Source of the DNA: an uncultured delta proteobacterium
GTDB taxonomy: Bacteria > Myxococcota > Myxococcia > Myxococcales > Myxococcaceae
Reading direction: 5' to 3'
NCBI GenBank assembly: GCA_963713045.1
Contig: CAVQKE010000004.1
Coordinates: 960,001 to 1,024,000 of the forward strand
Length of the DNA stretch: 64,000 bases
Shown here: in pieces, positions 46,409 through 56,145 of the stretch
How positions within the stretch are numbered: the stretch's first letter is position 1
How the letters are laid out: each line of letters starts with the position of its first letter
The notes under the pieces: model-generated
Told to the model about the DNA's origin: nothing
The model's database searches: none
The model's input: only the letters and a program-made list of their open reading frames with translations
Position numbers and translations under genes: made by a program

Positions 46409-46587
46409 TTTTTCCTTACATCCTCTCGCACTGTGCCGGCCGACACCGGGCCCGGGCTGCACCGGGCTGGGCGCGTCCGGTGGGCGGGCCGTGGGCGGAA
46501 GCGACAGACAAAAAAACGACGTGCATGGCCGGCGACAACCTCCCGTGGCCCCGGCGGACAACTCGCATGGGCCGCTTGGGGCCGGCT

Positions 46588-46616
46588 GTCATAAGCACCG
46601 CGGGCAGCCCGGTCAA
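46588..46616 (-). promoter_or_regulatory. Putative sigma70 promoter upstream of topA
   Basis: TTGACC (46616-46611), 17 bp spacer, TATGAC (46593-46588). Confidence 0.5.
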
Positions 46617-46654
46617 GCGCGCGGCCCGGAAGGGCCTCCCCCGAGACTCCGAAT

Positions 46655-47884
46655 TTACCGAGAAGAAACGGGTGCTTTGCCCGGCGCGTACAGGACAATC
46701 CGGTCGCCGAAGACAATCTCCCGCGCCGTCCGAATCAGCATGCAGGTGCTCGCATGCTCCTTCACCTCAGCCGCGATGCACTGGCCGACGACCTCCGCCG
46801 GCAGATGCGGGTCCTGGTTCTCCGCCGGAGACACCCATTGGTTGTACGGGTCCGCCTGGCGAATGATGGTGAAGGTGTTACCTTGCTGGACGCCGCTGGC
46901 GCTGCCCAAGTTCACCACCACCTGGCTGCGCTCGCCGTTGACGGTGACGTAGGGGTTGAGGTTCGCCACCACCGTTCCCTCCAAGTCAGCCGGGTTGGTG
47001 TTGGGCACTGGAGCGATGGTGAGCACCATCGGTTCGCCCGCCGGGCCCACCCGGTCGCCGCGGAACATGGCGTCGAAGGAAAAGCTGATGACGCCGCGCG
47101 CGTAGTAGGGGTTGTCGTTTTGCAGAACGCGCGCCTGCCCCACCAGCGAGGTGAGGTAGCCCACCAGCCGCGCAGTCCGCGGGTCATACACTTTCCGGTC
47201 GGGGCGATAGATGAGGTAATTCTTCCCGACAACCACTGCCTTGCGGTCCTTGAAGGTGAGGTAGACGATGTCGCCGGTGACCAGCATGTCCGTCTCGGCG
47301 AAGCTGTGGGCGAGTACCCCCGCACCGTCCAATTCCTTGTCGGTGACGAAGCCTTCGCGGGGCAAGCGCTCGTGCCCCTGCGGTTCATAGGGCTTGGGGC
47401 CCACCATCGAGATGCTGTTGTTCTCCCCCGGCTCGAGCAGCGAGATGTCGCCCTCTCCTTGGGTTCCGGTCCCCGGTTCGATGCTTTCCACCTCCCCGGC
47501 CGGCTCCTCCCCGGTGCCGGTGAAGAAGCGGACTTGGTTCCCCGGATAAATCCAATGCGGGTTGGCGATTTGCGGGTTGTAGGACCAGACCTTCGGCCAG
47601 TACCACGGGCTTCCCAGGTAATGCTGGGAGAGGTCCCACAGCGTGTCCCCGGGCACCACGGTGTGCGTCGTCCCGGGCAACTCCGGCGCCGCGCCCGTTT
47701 CGGACTTGGCCGGTGCCGTCGTCTTGGTGGCTGCCGGGGGCGTGGTCTCTTCCTGGGGAAGCTCCTGCACCGGCTTCCCTTCCGTTTCCGAAGGGCTCTG
47801 GTCGGGGGGCGGAGGCGGTGGCGGGGTTTGCGCGCCCACCGGCGCGGCGAGGCACAACACGGCGACAACAAGTGGAATGCGCAT
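46655..47884 (-). CDS. LysM peptidoglycan-binding exported protein
   Basis: Signal peptide; HTVVPGDTLWDLS..YLGSPWYWPKVW..NPQIANPHWIYPG. Confidence 0.9.
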   Translation of the reverse strand: MRIPLVVAVLCLAAPVGAQTPPPPPPPDQSPSETEGKPVQELPQEETTPPAATKTTAPAKSETGAAPELPGTTHTVVPGDTLWDLSQHYLGSPWYWPKVWSYNPQIANPHWIYPGNQVRFFTGTGEEPAGEVESIEPGTGTQGEGDISLLEPGENNSISMVGPKPYEPQGHERLPREGFVTDKELDGAGVLAHSFAETDMLVTGDIVYLTFKDRKAVVVGKNYLIYRPDRKVYDPRTARLVGYLTSLVGQARVLQNDNPYYARGVISFSFDAMFRGDRVGPAGEPMVLTIAPVPNTNPADLEGTVVANLNPYVTVNGERSQVVVNLGSASGVQQGNTFTIIRQADPYNQWVSPAENQDPHLPAEVVGQCIAAEVKEHASTCMLIRTAREIVFGDRIVLYAPGKAPVSSR

Positions 47885-48627
47885 CAAGGGTCCCTCGAAA
47901 GCATCGACAGACGGGCCTGCGCTTGGACAGCGGCAGGCGTGCCAGGAAAGGCCTGGACCAGTTGGGCGTAAGTGGCGCGCGCCTCGGCCGGCTGCCGAAG
48001 CCGAACCCGCACCTCGCCCAGCTTCAACAGTGCGTCCTGCACCACGTCTCCCGCCGGGTAGCGCTGCACCACCGCCTCCAACAGCGCCGCCGCTGACGCC
48101 AACTCCCCGCGCCCAATTTCCCCCAGCGCGGCGTAGTACAGCGCGTCGTCGGCCTTGGGGTGCTTCGGGTAGCTGCTGGCGAAGCGCTTCAGTCGGTCAA
48201 TCGCACCGCCCACGTTTCCCGTCCGCAGGGCTTCCAGCGCCGCCTGGTATTCCTGGTCCGCGGAGGCAAGGGGCGTGGAGAGGGCCGGCTCTGGCTTTGC
48301 CGCCAGGACGTCCAACGCGGCAAGGTCTGGCTCCTGCACCGGCGTCTCGACGTCCAGCGGCGGCGGCGACGCCTTGGGCTTCAGCCTGACCACCGTCAGC
48401 ACCGGCGGCGCAGCTGCGATGGGTGTGGCCGGCGAGGCAGAGGCCGCCGCTGGGGGGGGCGCCATCACCAGCCGCTGATTCTCCAGCGCGTCGACTCGGC
48501 CTTGCAGCTGCGCATTCTCTCTCTGCAGAGACTCCACCTGTTCCTTCAGCGCGCGCACGTCGCCCTTGCTGGCCACGTCGGTGGCGCACCCGCACGCCAG
48601 GACGAGGGGCAGAATGTGGAAACGCAT
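47884..48627 (-). CDS. CpoB/YbgF-like TPR lipoprotein
   Basis: LACGC lipobox, coiled coil, then YPKHPKADDALYY and DALLKLG...YAQLVQAFPGT TPRs. Confidence 0.82.
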   Translation of the reverse strand: MRFHILPLVLACGCATDVASKGDVRALKEQVESLQRENAQLQGRVDALENQRLVMAPPPAAASASPATPIAAAPPVLTVVRLKPKASPPPLDVETPVQEPDLAALDVLAAKPEPALSTPLASADQEYQAALEALRTGNVGGAIDRLKRFASSYPKHPKADDALYYAALGEIGRGELASAAALLEAVVQRYPAGDVVQDALLKLGEVRVRLRQPAEARATYAQLVQAFPGTPAAVQAQARLSMLSRDP

Positions 48628-48680
48628 GGGTGGGGCGGTCGCCGCTTCCTCTAGAGGATAGGAAGGCCGGAAGAAGAGCG

Positions 48681-49421
48681 TCAAGAAAGCGGCGTGGGGG
48701 CGATGAAGGCGAGGTGGCGGCCCGTCACCCCACCGTCGCGCCGGTGGGAGTAGAAGCGGCCCGGCTCGCAGGCGGTACAGCCCGGAAACACGTCCACCCA
48801 CTCGGGCAACAGCCCCGCTGCCAACAGGGTGCAGCGCACGGCGGCGCTGAGGTCGAGGTGCGGCCGTATCCTCCCTTGGCGCACCACCTTGGGGCCAAAG
48901 TCCGCGCTGAAGCGCTCGGCCAGTTGGGGTTCGACTTCGTAGCAACAGGCCTGGATGCAGGGCCCCACCGCCGCCCGCAGGGTGGACGCTCTCTCACCCT
49001 GCCCCACCAGCACCTCCACCGCCCGGGCCACCACCCGCAGCGCTGTCCCCCTCCAACCGGAATGCACCGCGGCCACGCGGCGGCCGTCCGGGCCGGACAG
49101 CAGCACCGGGACGCAGTCGGCGCACCGCACCGCGAGCCAAGGGCCGGCGGCGTCGTCCGTCCACAGGCCGTCGGCGGACTCGGCCAACCCCGGCACGCCC
49201 CGCACCACCCGGTCCCCGTGCACCTGGCGCACTGTGGCCAGTTGTTGCGGCGACCGCCCGGTGGCCTCGGCCAAGCGCTCGAGGTTTTCCCGGACGTGCA
49301 ACGGCGCGTCCCCGACGCTTTCCGAAAGGTTGAGCGAGGCAAACGGGCCGCTGGAGACGCCCCCTTGGCGCAGCGAAAAGCCGTGGGGCACCTCAATCAG
49401 CTTGGAAGTGAGGAAGAGCAT
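48681..49421 (-). CDS. pgeF: Peptidoglycan editing factor / YfiH polyphenol-oxidase-like protein
   Basis: HGFSLRQGGVS, QVHG, ADCVPVL, HSGWRG, GPCI..CCYEV, FYSHRR. Confidence 0.9.
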   Translation of the reverse strand: MLFLTSKLIEVPHGFSLRQGGVSSGPFASLNLSESVGDAPLHVRENLERLAEATGRSPQQLATVRQVHGDRVVRGVPGLAESADGLWTDDAAGPWLAVRCADCVPVLLSGPDGRRVAAVHSGWRGTALRVVARAVEVLVGQGERASTLRAAVGPCIQACCYEVEPQLAERFSADFGPKVVRQGRIRPHLDLSAAVRCTLLAAGLLPEWVDVFPGCTACEPGRFYSHRRDGGVTGRHLAFIAPTPLS

Positions 49422-49506
49422 GAAGCGACGCCGGGGGCAAAGGGTGTCGAGTTTAGCCCACCCCGGTGGGAATGCTTTGACAGCTGTGTCGGTGCGAAGC
49501 TGGCGG

Positions 49507-51375
49507 GTGCGCCCTTTCTCACCGGCAAACGACGTGCGCTCCATCGCTCAAAAGCTACTCGGCAGCATTGGCGTCCCGGCGCTGCTGGTGGCGCTGGGCG
49601 CGGTGGCCGTCTTCGCCTTGCGGGCGCGCTCGGCCGCCGATGCCGCAGCCACGCAACAGGCCGAGCAGGTGGCCGACTTGCTCGCCTCCAGCTTTCAGGC
49701 AGCCACCTTGGGCGTCAGGTTGTCGGCCGACGAGGCCCACCCGGCGGTGGCGCCCGCCGTGCGCACCGCCGCGGCCCTGCAGGGCGTGCGCGCGGTGCGC
49801 GTCCTCGGCCCGGCCGGCCAGGTGATGTGGTCGAGCAGCCCTTCCGAGGTGGGCGGCATCAGCCGGTTGGACAGCACCGAAGGCGAGCAGCGCCTGCAGC
49901 GGCGCGCGGGCAATGTCCTCCTCGCCCGCGGTGTGGGGGGCGGCGACTGCAACGCCTGTCACTTCGGCGTCGCAGGCCAGCTGCAACTGGCCGTGGACAG
50001 TTCACGCAGCTCAACCGAGGTGGCCGGTGGCACACAAGCCGCCGTGGCCGGCGTCGTCCTCGTCTTCGCCGCCCTGGCCTTGGCCACGGCCCTCTCGCTG
50101 CGGCAGCTCCTCACTGTGCCGTTGCGCCGGCTGGCCGGCTCCATGGCCCGCGCCGAGGGCGGGGACTGGGGCGTGCGGGCCGAGGTGCGCGGTGAGGATG
50201 AGATTGCGCAGCTGGCCCGCAGCTTCAACCACATGCTGGAGACGACGGCCCGGCTCGCGTCCGAGGGGTCGGACGCCCGGGGCGGCCTGGCCCAAGCGCG
50301 CGCCCAGCTGTCGGTGCACGGAGAACTGGAGCGCGCCAACACAGAGTTGTCCCGCCGGCTGACCGCACTTGCTCTCCTCTACCATGTCTCCCGCAGCCTG
50401 AATGCGACGCTGGAGCTGCCGGAGTTGCTGGGCCGCATCAGCACCCTGGTGACCGAGCGGCTGCGCATCGACTACTTCTCGGTGCTGCTGGTGAATGCCG
50501 AAGGAAGGCTGGAGGAGGCGGCCAGCGTCCCACCGCGCGCGGGTGCCCCCCGGGGCACCTTCCGGCTGGGCGAGGGGGCAGCGGGCCAGGCCGCCCAGTC
50601 CTTGCTGCCGGTGTACTTGGCCGACTTGGCGCGAACCCCGGACGCCCGTCCGCTGGGGCCGGTCGAGGGTTCCTTGCTTTCGCTTCCGGTGGTGCACCAG
50701 GGCCGGCTGTTGGGCGTCCTCAACCTGCAGCGGACTGGCACCGAGGCCTTTGCCGCCGAGGAGGTGGAGCTGTTGGCGGCGGTGGCGGACCAGGCCGCGA
50801 TGGCCATCCAAAATGCGCGCCTCCACGCCGAGACGGTTGCCCTCTCCGTCACCGACGCCCTCACCGGCCTGGCCAACCGCCGCCAACTCTTCCGCCAGCT
50901 GGAGCAGGAGGTGGCCCGCGCGGCACGCTTCCGCACCCACCTGTCGGTGGTGATGATGGACCTCGACCATTTCAAGGAAGTCAACGACGCCGCCGGCCAC
51001 CTGGCCGGCGACGCGGTGCTGCGCCAAGTGGCCGAGGTGCTGAAAGGCCAGCTGCGCCGGGTGGACGTCGTGGCCCGCTATGGCGGAGAGGAGTTTTGCC
51101 TGGTGCTGCCCCAGGTGGCCAAGGCCGACGCGGTGGAAGTGGCCGAGAAATTGAGGCGCAGCATTGCCGAGCTGTCCTTCGGCAGCGTCGGGCCTGGCAA
51201 AATGACCGCCTCCGCCGGCGTGGCCCACCTGCCCACCGACGCCAGCACCCTGGAGGGCGTGTTGGAGGCGGCGGACGCCGCCCTCTATGCCAGCAAACAC
51301 CGCGGACGGAACCAAATCACCGCCTTCGAGCCGAACCTCGAGAAGGCGGCCGGGGAAAACCCGCTCCCGGTATGA
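49507..51375 (+). CDS. Membrane sensor diguanylate cyclase (TM-CxxCH sensor-TM-HAMP-GAF-GGDEF)
   Basis: Two TM helices flanking CNACH; HAMP (DEIAQLARSFN); GAF; DALTGLANRR, DLDHFKEVND, RRVD I-site and GGEEF. Start approximate. Confidence 0.92.
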   Translation: MRPFSPANDVRSIAQKLLGSIGVPALLVALGAVAVFALRARSAADAAATQQAEQVADLLASSFQAATLGVRLSADEAHPAVAPAVRTAAALQGVRAVRVLGPAGQVMWSSSPSEVGGISRLDSTEGEQRLQRRAGNVLLARGVGGGDCNACHFGVAGQLQLAVDSSRSSTEVAGGTQAAVAGVVLVFAALALATALSLRQLLTVPLRRLAGSMARAEGGDWGVRAEVRGEDEIAQLARSFNHMLETTARLASEGSDARGGLAQARAQLSVHGELERANTELSRRLTALALLYHVSRSLNATLELPELLGRISTLVTERLRIDYFSVLLVNAEGRLEEAASVPPRAGAPRGTFRLGEGAAGQAAQSLLPVYLADLARTPDARPLGPVEGSLLSLPVVHQGRLLGVLNLQRTGTEAFAAEEVELLAAVADQAAMAIQNARLHAETVALSVTDALTGLANRRQLFRQLEQEVARAARFRTHLSVVMMDLDHFKEVNDAAGHLAGDAVLRQVAEVLKGQLRRVDVVARYGGEEFCLVLPQVAKADAVEVAEKLRRSIAELSFGSVGPGKMTASAGVAHLPTDASTLEGVLEAADAALYASKHRGRNQITAFEPNLEKAAGENPLPV

Positions 51376-51803
51376 GACTGCGGACGGAGCGGCTGGCCCT
51401 CATCGCCGCGACGCCGGCGCTTTTGCGCGCCGAGCTGGCCTCGCCGGCGCAGCTGGCCGCGCTGTTGGAAGCGGCCGTTCCAGAAGCGTGGCCGCCTCCG
51501 CAGAATACGCCTGAGGCGGCGCAATACGCGCTGCGCTTTCTGGAAGGCGGCCCGGACTGCGCGGGGTGGATGACGTGGTACTTCATCCGCCAAGACGGGC
51601 GGGTGCTGGTTGGCCACGGCGGCTTCTGCGGGCGGCCCAAGGGTGGCGAACGTCCTGAGGTCCACACGGTGAGCGCCCAGACGTTTCCCCACCTGACAGC
51701 GTCGCTGCGGGTGCTAAAGCGTCTCGGCTTCCGCCCCACCGGCCCCGGCAGCGAAGCGGGCGCCGTCGGCTTTCGCCGACGCCGTCCGGACGAAGGACAC
51801 TGA
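51372..51803 (+). pseudogene. RimJ/RimL-like GNAT with an apparent in-frame internal deletion
   Basis: MRLRTERL start and ASLRVLKRLGF end are present, but the expected EIGY...QxxGxATEA acetyl-CoA motif between GFCGRPKGG and ERPEV is missing. Confidence 0.6.
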
Positions 51804-51829
51804 AGGCGGGAATGGGACGGCCCCCCTTG

Positions 51830-51856
51830 GGGACGCCCCGCAGGAGCGGGCGTCCC
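51830..51856. terminator. Hairpin between convergent genes (possible terminator)
   Basis: GGGACGCCC-N9-GGGCGTCCC perfect stem; no U-tract. Confidence 0.45.
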
Positions 51857-51874
51857 TGGGGCCAGCCCCAACCG

Positions 51875-53329
51875 TTACGGCGCCTCGAGGGCGAACAGCA
51901 TGGTGCTGGCCTGGTCGCCGGCGCGGGCCTGGGCGCGCAGAAGCACGGTACTTCCGTACTTTGCCGCGCGAAGGATGCGGCTCAAGTCGCCGGTGGACGT
52001 CACCACCTGGCCGTTGGCCTCGATGACCAGCATCCCATCCCTCAGCCCGGCCTGGTCCGCTGCCGAGCCCGGCAGCACCTCGGTGATGAACGCGCCGCGG
52101 GGAAGCCCCCGCGCCCGCGCCATCTCCGGGCTGGGCGTGGCCAGACTCAGCCCGAATTGCTGCTTGTTGCTGTCGTCGTGCGAGTCGCGCTCCGCCGGCC
52201 CACGGCGGGCCACCTCCTCCTCCTCGGGACGAGTGGTGAGGCTGACCCTCACGTCGCGGGACTTCCCGGCCCGGTAGACGGTGAGGTCGACAGTCGAGCC
52301 AGGGCTGCGCAGGGCGATGGTGCGTCGCAGCTGGTCGGCCGAGGCGACCGACCGCCCATCCACCTGGGTGATGACGTCATCCTGCTTCAACCCGGCCTTT
52401 GCCCCCGGCTGGTCCGGGATGACCGAATTCACCAACGCGCCTTGGGAGGATGGCGCACCCAACGCCTTGGCCAACTCAGGCGTCAGTTCCTGAAGCTGCA
52501 CGCCGATGAAGCCGCGCGTGACCGAGCCCTTCTTCTCCAGCTGGGGCACCAGCGCCTTGGCCAAGTTGCTGGGCACCGCGAAGCCGATGCCCGAGCCGCC
52601 GGCGACGATGGCGGTGTTGATGCCGATGACTTCGCCCTTCAGGTTGAAGAGGGGGCCGCCGCTGTTGCCAGGGTTGATGGCGGCGTCCGTCTGCAGAAAG
52701 TCGTCATAGACGCCGGCGTGAATGTTGCGCGCCTTGGCCGAGAGGATGCCGACGCTGACGCTGCTGGAGAGGCCGAAGGGGTTGCCGATGGCCACCACCC
52801 AGTCTCCGACGCGCATTGCGTCGGAGTCGCCGAGGTTGAGGACGGGAAGGTTGGCCGGCGGATTCTTCAACTTCACCAGCGCGATGTCGGTGGCCGGGTC
52901 GGTTCCCAGGACGGTGCCGTCAAAGCTTCGGCCGTCGTCGAATTTCACTCGGATGGCGACCGCATTCTCGACGACGTGGTTGTTGGTGAGGATGTAGCCG
53001 CGCTTGTCGATGATGAAGCCACTGCCGGCCCCCTGGCGCACCTGGGGGCGTTGCTGCAGTCCGCCGCCGAAGAATTGCTCGAACATCTCGTTGCCGCTGC
53101 TGCGCGAGCGGGAGGTGACTTCGACGTTGACCACCGCCCCCTTGACGCTTTCGGCCAGAGGGGCGAACGAGGGCAAAGGCAGGGCCGGCGCCTGCGCCGC
53201 GCGGGCGGCGGTCTCTGTCGGCGGAGTGTCCGCGTGGGCAGTGGGCGCGACCGCAAACAGTCCACCCAGGGAGGCGGCGGAGGCGGCGGCGAGAAGGAGG
53301 AGGGAGCGGCGGAGGGAGACGGGTTTCAT
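51875..53329 (-). CDS. DegP/HtrA serine protease with two PDZ domains
   Basis: GSGFII, TNNHVV, DIAL, QTDAAINPGNSGGPL, two PDZ domains, signal peptide. Confidence 0.95.
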   Translation of the reverse strand: MKPVSLRRSLLLLAAASAASLGGLFAVAPTAHADTPPTETAARAAQAPALPLPSFAPLAESVKGAVVNVEVTSRSRSSGNEMFEQFFGGGLQQRPQVRQGAGSGFIIDKRGYILTNNHVVENAVAIRVKFDDGRSFDGTVLGTDPATDIALVKLKNPPANLPVLNLGDSDAMRVGDWVVAIGNPFGLSSSVSVGILSAKARNIHAGVYDDFLQTDAAINPGNSGGPLFNLKGEVIGINTAIVAGGSGIGFAVPSNLAKALVPQLEKKGSVTRGFIGVQLQELTPELAKALGAPSSQGALVNSVIPDQPGAKAGLKQDDVITQVDGRSVASADQLRRTIALRSPGSTVDLTVYRAGKSRDVRVSLTTRPEEEEVARRGPAERDSHDDSNKQQFGLSLATPSPEMARARGLPRGAFITEVLPGSAADQAGLRDGMLVIEANGQVVTSTGDLSRILRAAKYGSTVLLRAQARAGDQASTMLFALEAP

Positions 53330-53480
53330 CTTGGGTGTGCGGAGTCCTTGCTGCGAGTCAGGCGCCCCCCTGGGGGGGGCATGGGCTGGTTGGGGAGGAG
53401 AACTGCCTTTCAAGTTTGCGTCTTTCAGTCGTCAATAGGACCCATAACAGCCGCGGGCGGCGACAGCTTCCCGAGGGCAG

Positions 53481-55070
53481 TCAGGCGGGGGCAAACACGC
53501 GAAACTTCAGCTTGGGGAACAGCACGTCCTCGGCGAAGGCGCCCTTCTGCAGGGCGGCGTCCCCACGGCGCCCCTCGGCCGACGCGAGGAGGGCCCAAAA
53601 CCGCGCCAGGTGGGTCCGCACCCGGGCTTCGGCATAGGCCACCACGGTGCCGGCGCGGAGGATGAAAGGAAAGTCCGAGGACTGGGACAGCAACAGCTCG
53701 CGCGCGGCTTGGTTGAGAAGCCGGGTCGCCTGCGCGGTGCGCGCGCGCGGCGCCGCCGCCGCGGCGCGCAGGGCCCACGCCGCCCGGTGCACTTCCGGCG
53801 GAATCCAGTCGTTGCTGGCGTCCAACCAGGTGCCGGCGGTCCCCTCGCTGCCCCAGCTGCTTTCGGCCGGGGCGGCCAGCTGCCCTTGGGGAAACAGCTG
53901 CAAGTCTTCCAGGGGCGTCCGCAGCCCTAGCCCCTGCCGATGGGCCTCTCGGAAGAGGGCCTCCAGAAAGAGGGGGCCCTCATGCCACCAGTGGCCAAAA
54001 AGCTCGGCGTCGTAGGGCGCCACCACCACCGGTGGACGCTCAAGCTGCGGGGCCAGCTCCGCCAACCGCTGAAGGCGGCGGGCGACAAACTGCCGGGCGT
54101 GGCCTTCGGCGGCCAGGCGCGCCGCCTCAGGCTGGTACAGCGCCTTGTCCGCGGTGCGTCCGGTGACGCGGTGGTAGCGCAGGCCCACCGCACGCCGGGG
54201 TTCGCCCGGCCGCAGCACCGGGGCCAAGGCCTCCAGCGGCAACTCCCAGCCCGCGTCGCGGTGAAAGTCCAGGTAGGCGCCTTCGGACGGGTAGCCGCAC
54301 TCGGCACTCCACACCTCCTCACTGCTGTCCGGGTCCCGCCCGTACACCGCGACGCCGCTGGCAGTGAAGAGGGGCGCGTAGACAGACGCCACCGGCCTTG
54401 GCTCTGCAAAGGCAACGCCGCGGGCCTCAAGGAAGGTGAAGCGCATCCCCTGGGCTGCGAGAAAGCCCTCGATGGACGGGAAGTACCCGCACTCTGGAAG
54501 CCAGAAGCCCTGCGGCCGCTGGCCCAACAGCCGGGTGTATTCCTCAGCCCCCACCGAGATTTGGGCCCGCAGCGCGTCCGGCAGATGGCGAAGCAGCGGC
54601 AGGAAGGCGTGGGTGGCGGCGCTGGTGATGAGGGCCAGCTGCCCTTCGGCCGCCGCCCGGGCGAACGCCGGGAGGAGGGCGCCGTGGTGGCCTTCCCAAC
54701 GCCGCAGAAGGTGACGCAGCCGGCGACGGTGGTATTGGGCGAGGGGCCGAAGAGAGGCGTCCTTGGCGGTGCGCTTCACCTCGCGCTCCGCCAGGGCCTC
54801 CCACTCGGCGAGTCTCCGGCCGACCTGGGCCTGAAGAAGCGCGTCGTCCAGCATGGCCAGCAGCGTCGGGCTGAGGCTGAGGGTGAAGCGCACCGGAATG
54901 CCGTCCGCGGCCAGCCGCTCCAGCACTTCCAACAGGGGCAAGTACGCGCCGGCCACCGCTTCCGGAAGCCAGTCCGCCTCCAGCGGCAAAGGTGGGGCCG
55001 GATGACGGACGTAGGGGAGGTGGGCGTGCAGCACCAGCAACAGCGCGCCGCCTTCGCCGAAGCCTTCCAA
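53481..55070 (-). CDS. GH57 glycoside hydrolase / 1,4-alpha-glucan branching enzyme (DUF1957)
   Basis: VLHAHLPYVRH, FWLPECGY, PYDAELFGHWWHEG, ARELLLSQSSDFPF. Confidence 0.9.
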   Translation of the reverse strand: MEGFGEGGALLLVLHAHLPYVRHPAPPLPLEADWLPEAVAGAYLPLLEVLERLAADGIPVRFTLSLSPTLLAMLDDALLQAQVGRRLAEWEALAEREVKRTAKDASLRPLAQYHRRRLRHLLRRWEGHHGALLPAFARAAAEGQLALITSAATHAFLPLLRHLPDALRAQISVGAEEYTRLLGQRPQGFWLPECGYFPSIEGFLAAQGMRFTFLEARGVAFAEPRPVASVYAPLFTASGVAVYGRDPDSSEEVWSAECGYPSEGAYLDFHRDAGWELPLEALAPVLRPGEPRRAVGLRYHRVTGRTADKALYQPEAARLAAEGHARQFVARRLQRLAELAPQLERPPVVVAPYDAELFGHWWHEGPLFLEALFREAHRQGLGLRTPLEDLQLFPQGQLAAPAESSWGSEGTAGTWLDASNDWIPPEVHRAAWALRAAAAAPRARTAQATRLLNQAARELLLSQSSDFPFILRAGTVVAYAEARVRTHLARFWALLASAEGRRGDAALQKGAFAEDVLFPKLKFRVFAPA

Positions 55071-55082
55071 GCCCGGGCCGCC

Positions 55083-55991
55083 TTAGGGACGGCCCGAGCG
55101 CGGGCCACCCGGGCCCGGGCCGCCGCGCCACTGGAGGCTGGCCGGAAGGTCGACCCGGCCAGGGGCGGGGAGGCTGTGGCCCGATTCGGTGGCGACTGGC
55201 TGAGGCCCAAGCGGCTGCTCCCAGGGGACCCGCACCAGGCGGACTTCCAATTGCGCGGAGGGGGCTGCCGGCGGAAGCCGAAGCGGCGCGCTGCGCCGCC
55301 CGGTGGGACGGGCGTGGCCGTCGCTTCCTTGAAGCCAGGCCTCGACGCTGTACACGTCGCCCGGCTCGAGGCCTCCCAAGTAGAGGCTGCGCCGGCTGAG
55401 TGGAGCCTGCACCGTGCGCACCAGGGTTTCGCCCCGGTACAGCCGGAAAAGGACGTGGGGGGCATCCAGGCCGAAGGCCGCGCCGCGCTCCAAGTCCCTC
55501 TGGAAATCCCAAAACAGAAAGAGGGTGGTGGGGTCGCGCGCCAACAGGTGGGGCACTTCCTCGCCCAGCGGCCACGGCCGCTCGGCTGGCGGGGGTGGCG
55601 CCCGACGGGCCACCGGCACCGGGACGGCACGGCGGGAGCGCCGGCGCTGCTGGGCGTGGAGGACGAAGAAGCCCTCCTCCACCAGCACCTCCTCTGGAGG
55701 GGAGAGGCCGAGGCCACCGCCGGCGGCTGGACTGGGGACGGAGGCAGCGTGGGGGGCGACTGGCACACGCGCGGCAGAGGTGGGCAGCTGCCCACCTGCC
55801 GTCCGGTCGGCCTTCGGCGAAGGCTTCCGCGGCCTCCGGGTGGCCGGCACAACCGGTTCCAGCAGCTTGGCGGCGAGGGCCGTCAGCAGCGCGGCCCGGC
55901 TGTGCAGAGACTTGGACCGGCCCGGGAGGTGTTTCCGTGCGAGGGCGCGCAAACTGGGCGTGTCCAGCAGCTCGAGGTCGTCCCGGGTCAT
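55083..55991 (-). CDS. DUF4912-domain protein
   Basis: N-terminal Rho-N-like helix pair; LLARDPTTLFLFWD; directly upstream of GH57, the usual pairing. Confidence 0.75.
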   Translation of the reverse strand: MTRDDLELLDTPSLRALARKHLPGRSKSLHSRAALLTALAAKLLEPVVPATRRPRKPSPKADRTAGGQLPTSAARVPVAPHAASVPSPAAGGGLGLSPPEEVLVEEGFFVLHAQQRRRSRRAVPVPVARRAPPPPAERPWPLGEEVPHLLARDPTTLFLFWDFQRDLERGAAFGLDAPHVLFRLYRGETLVRTVQAPLSRRSLYLGGLEPGDVYSVEAWLQGSDGHARPTGRRSAPLRLPPAAPSAQLEVRLVRVPWEQPLGPQPVATESGHSLPAPGRVDLPASLQWRGGPGPGGPRSGRP

Positions 55992-56145
55992 TCGTTGGTT
56001 AACCGGCGCGTGAGGCGAGGGCCCTTCGTCGCGTGCCCGCTGTCGGTTGTCAACACGGGGCCGGTGCGCGTTGCCTCCTTTTCAAGCCCCAGGGCCTCTG
56101 CCGTAGACTGTCCAGCATCCGTGCCGTCGCAGCCCGAAAGGGACC

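Noticed and set aside
46416..46616. 66-aa ORF as a dprA remnant or leader peptide
   Set aside because: No DprA motifs; its start codon coincides with the predicted -35 box.
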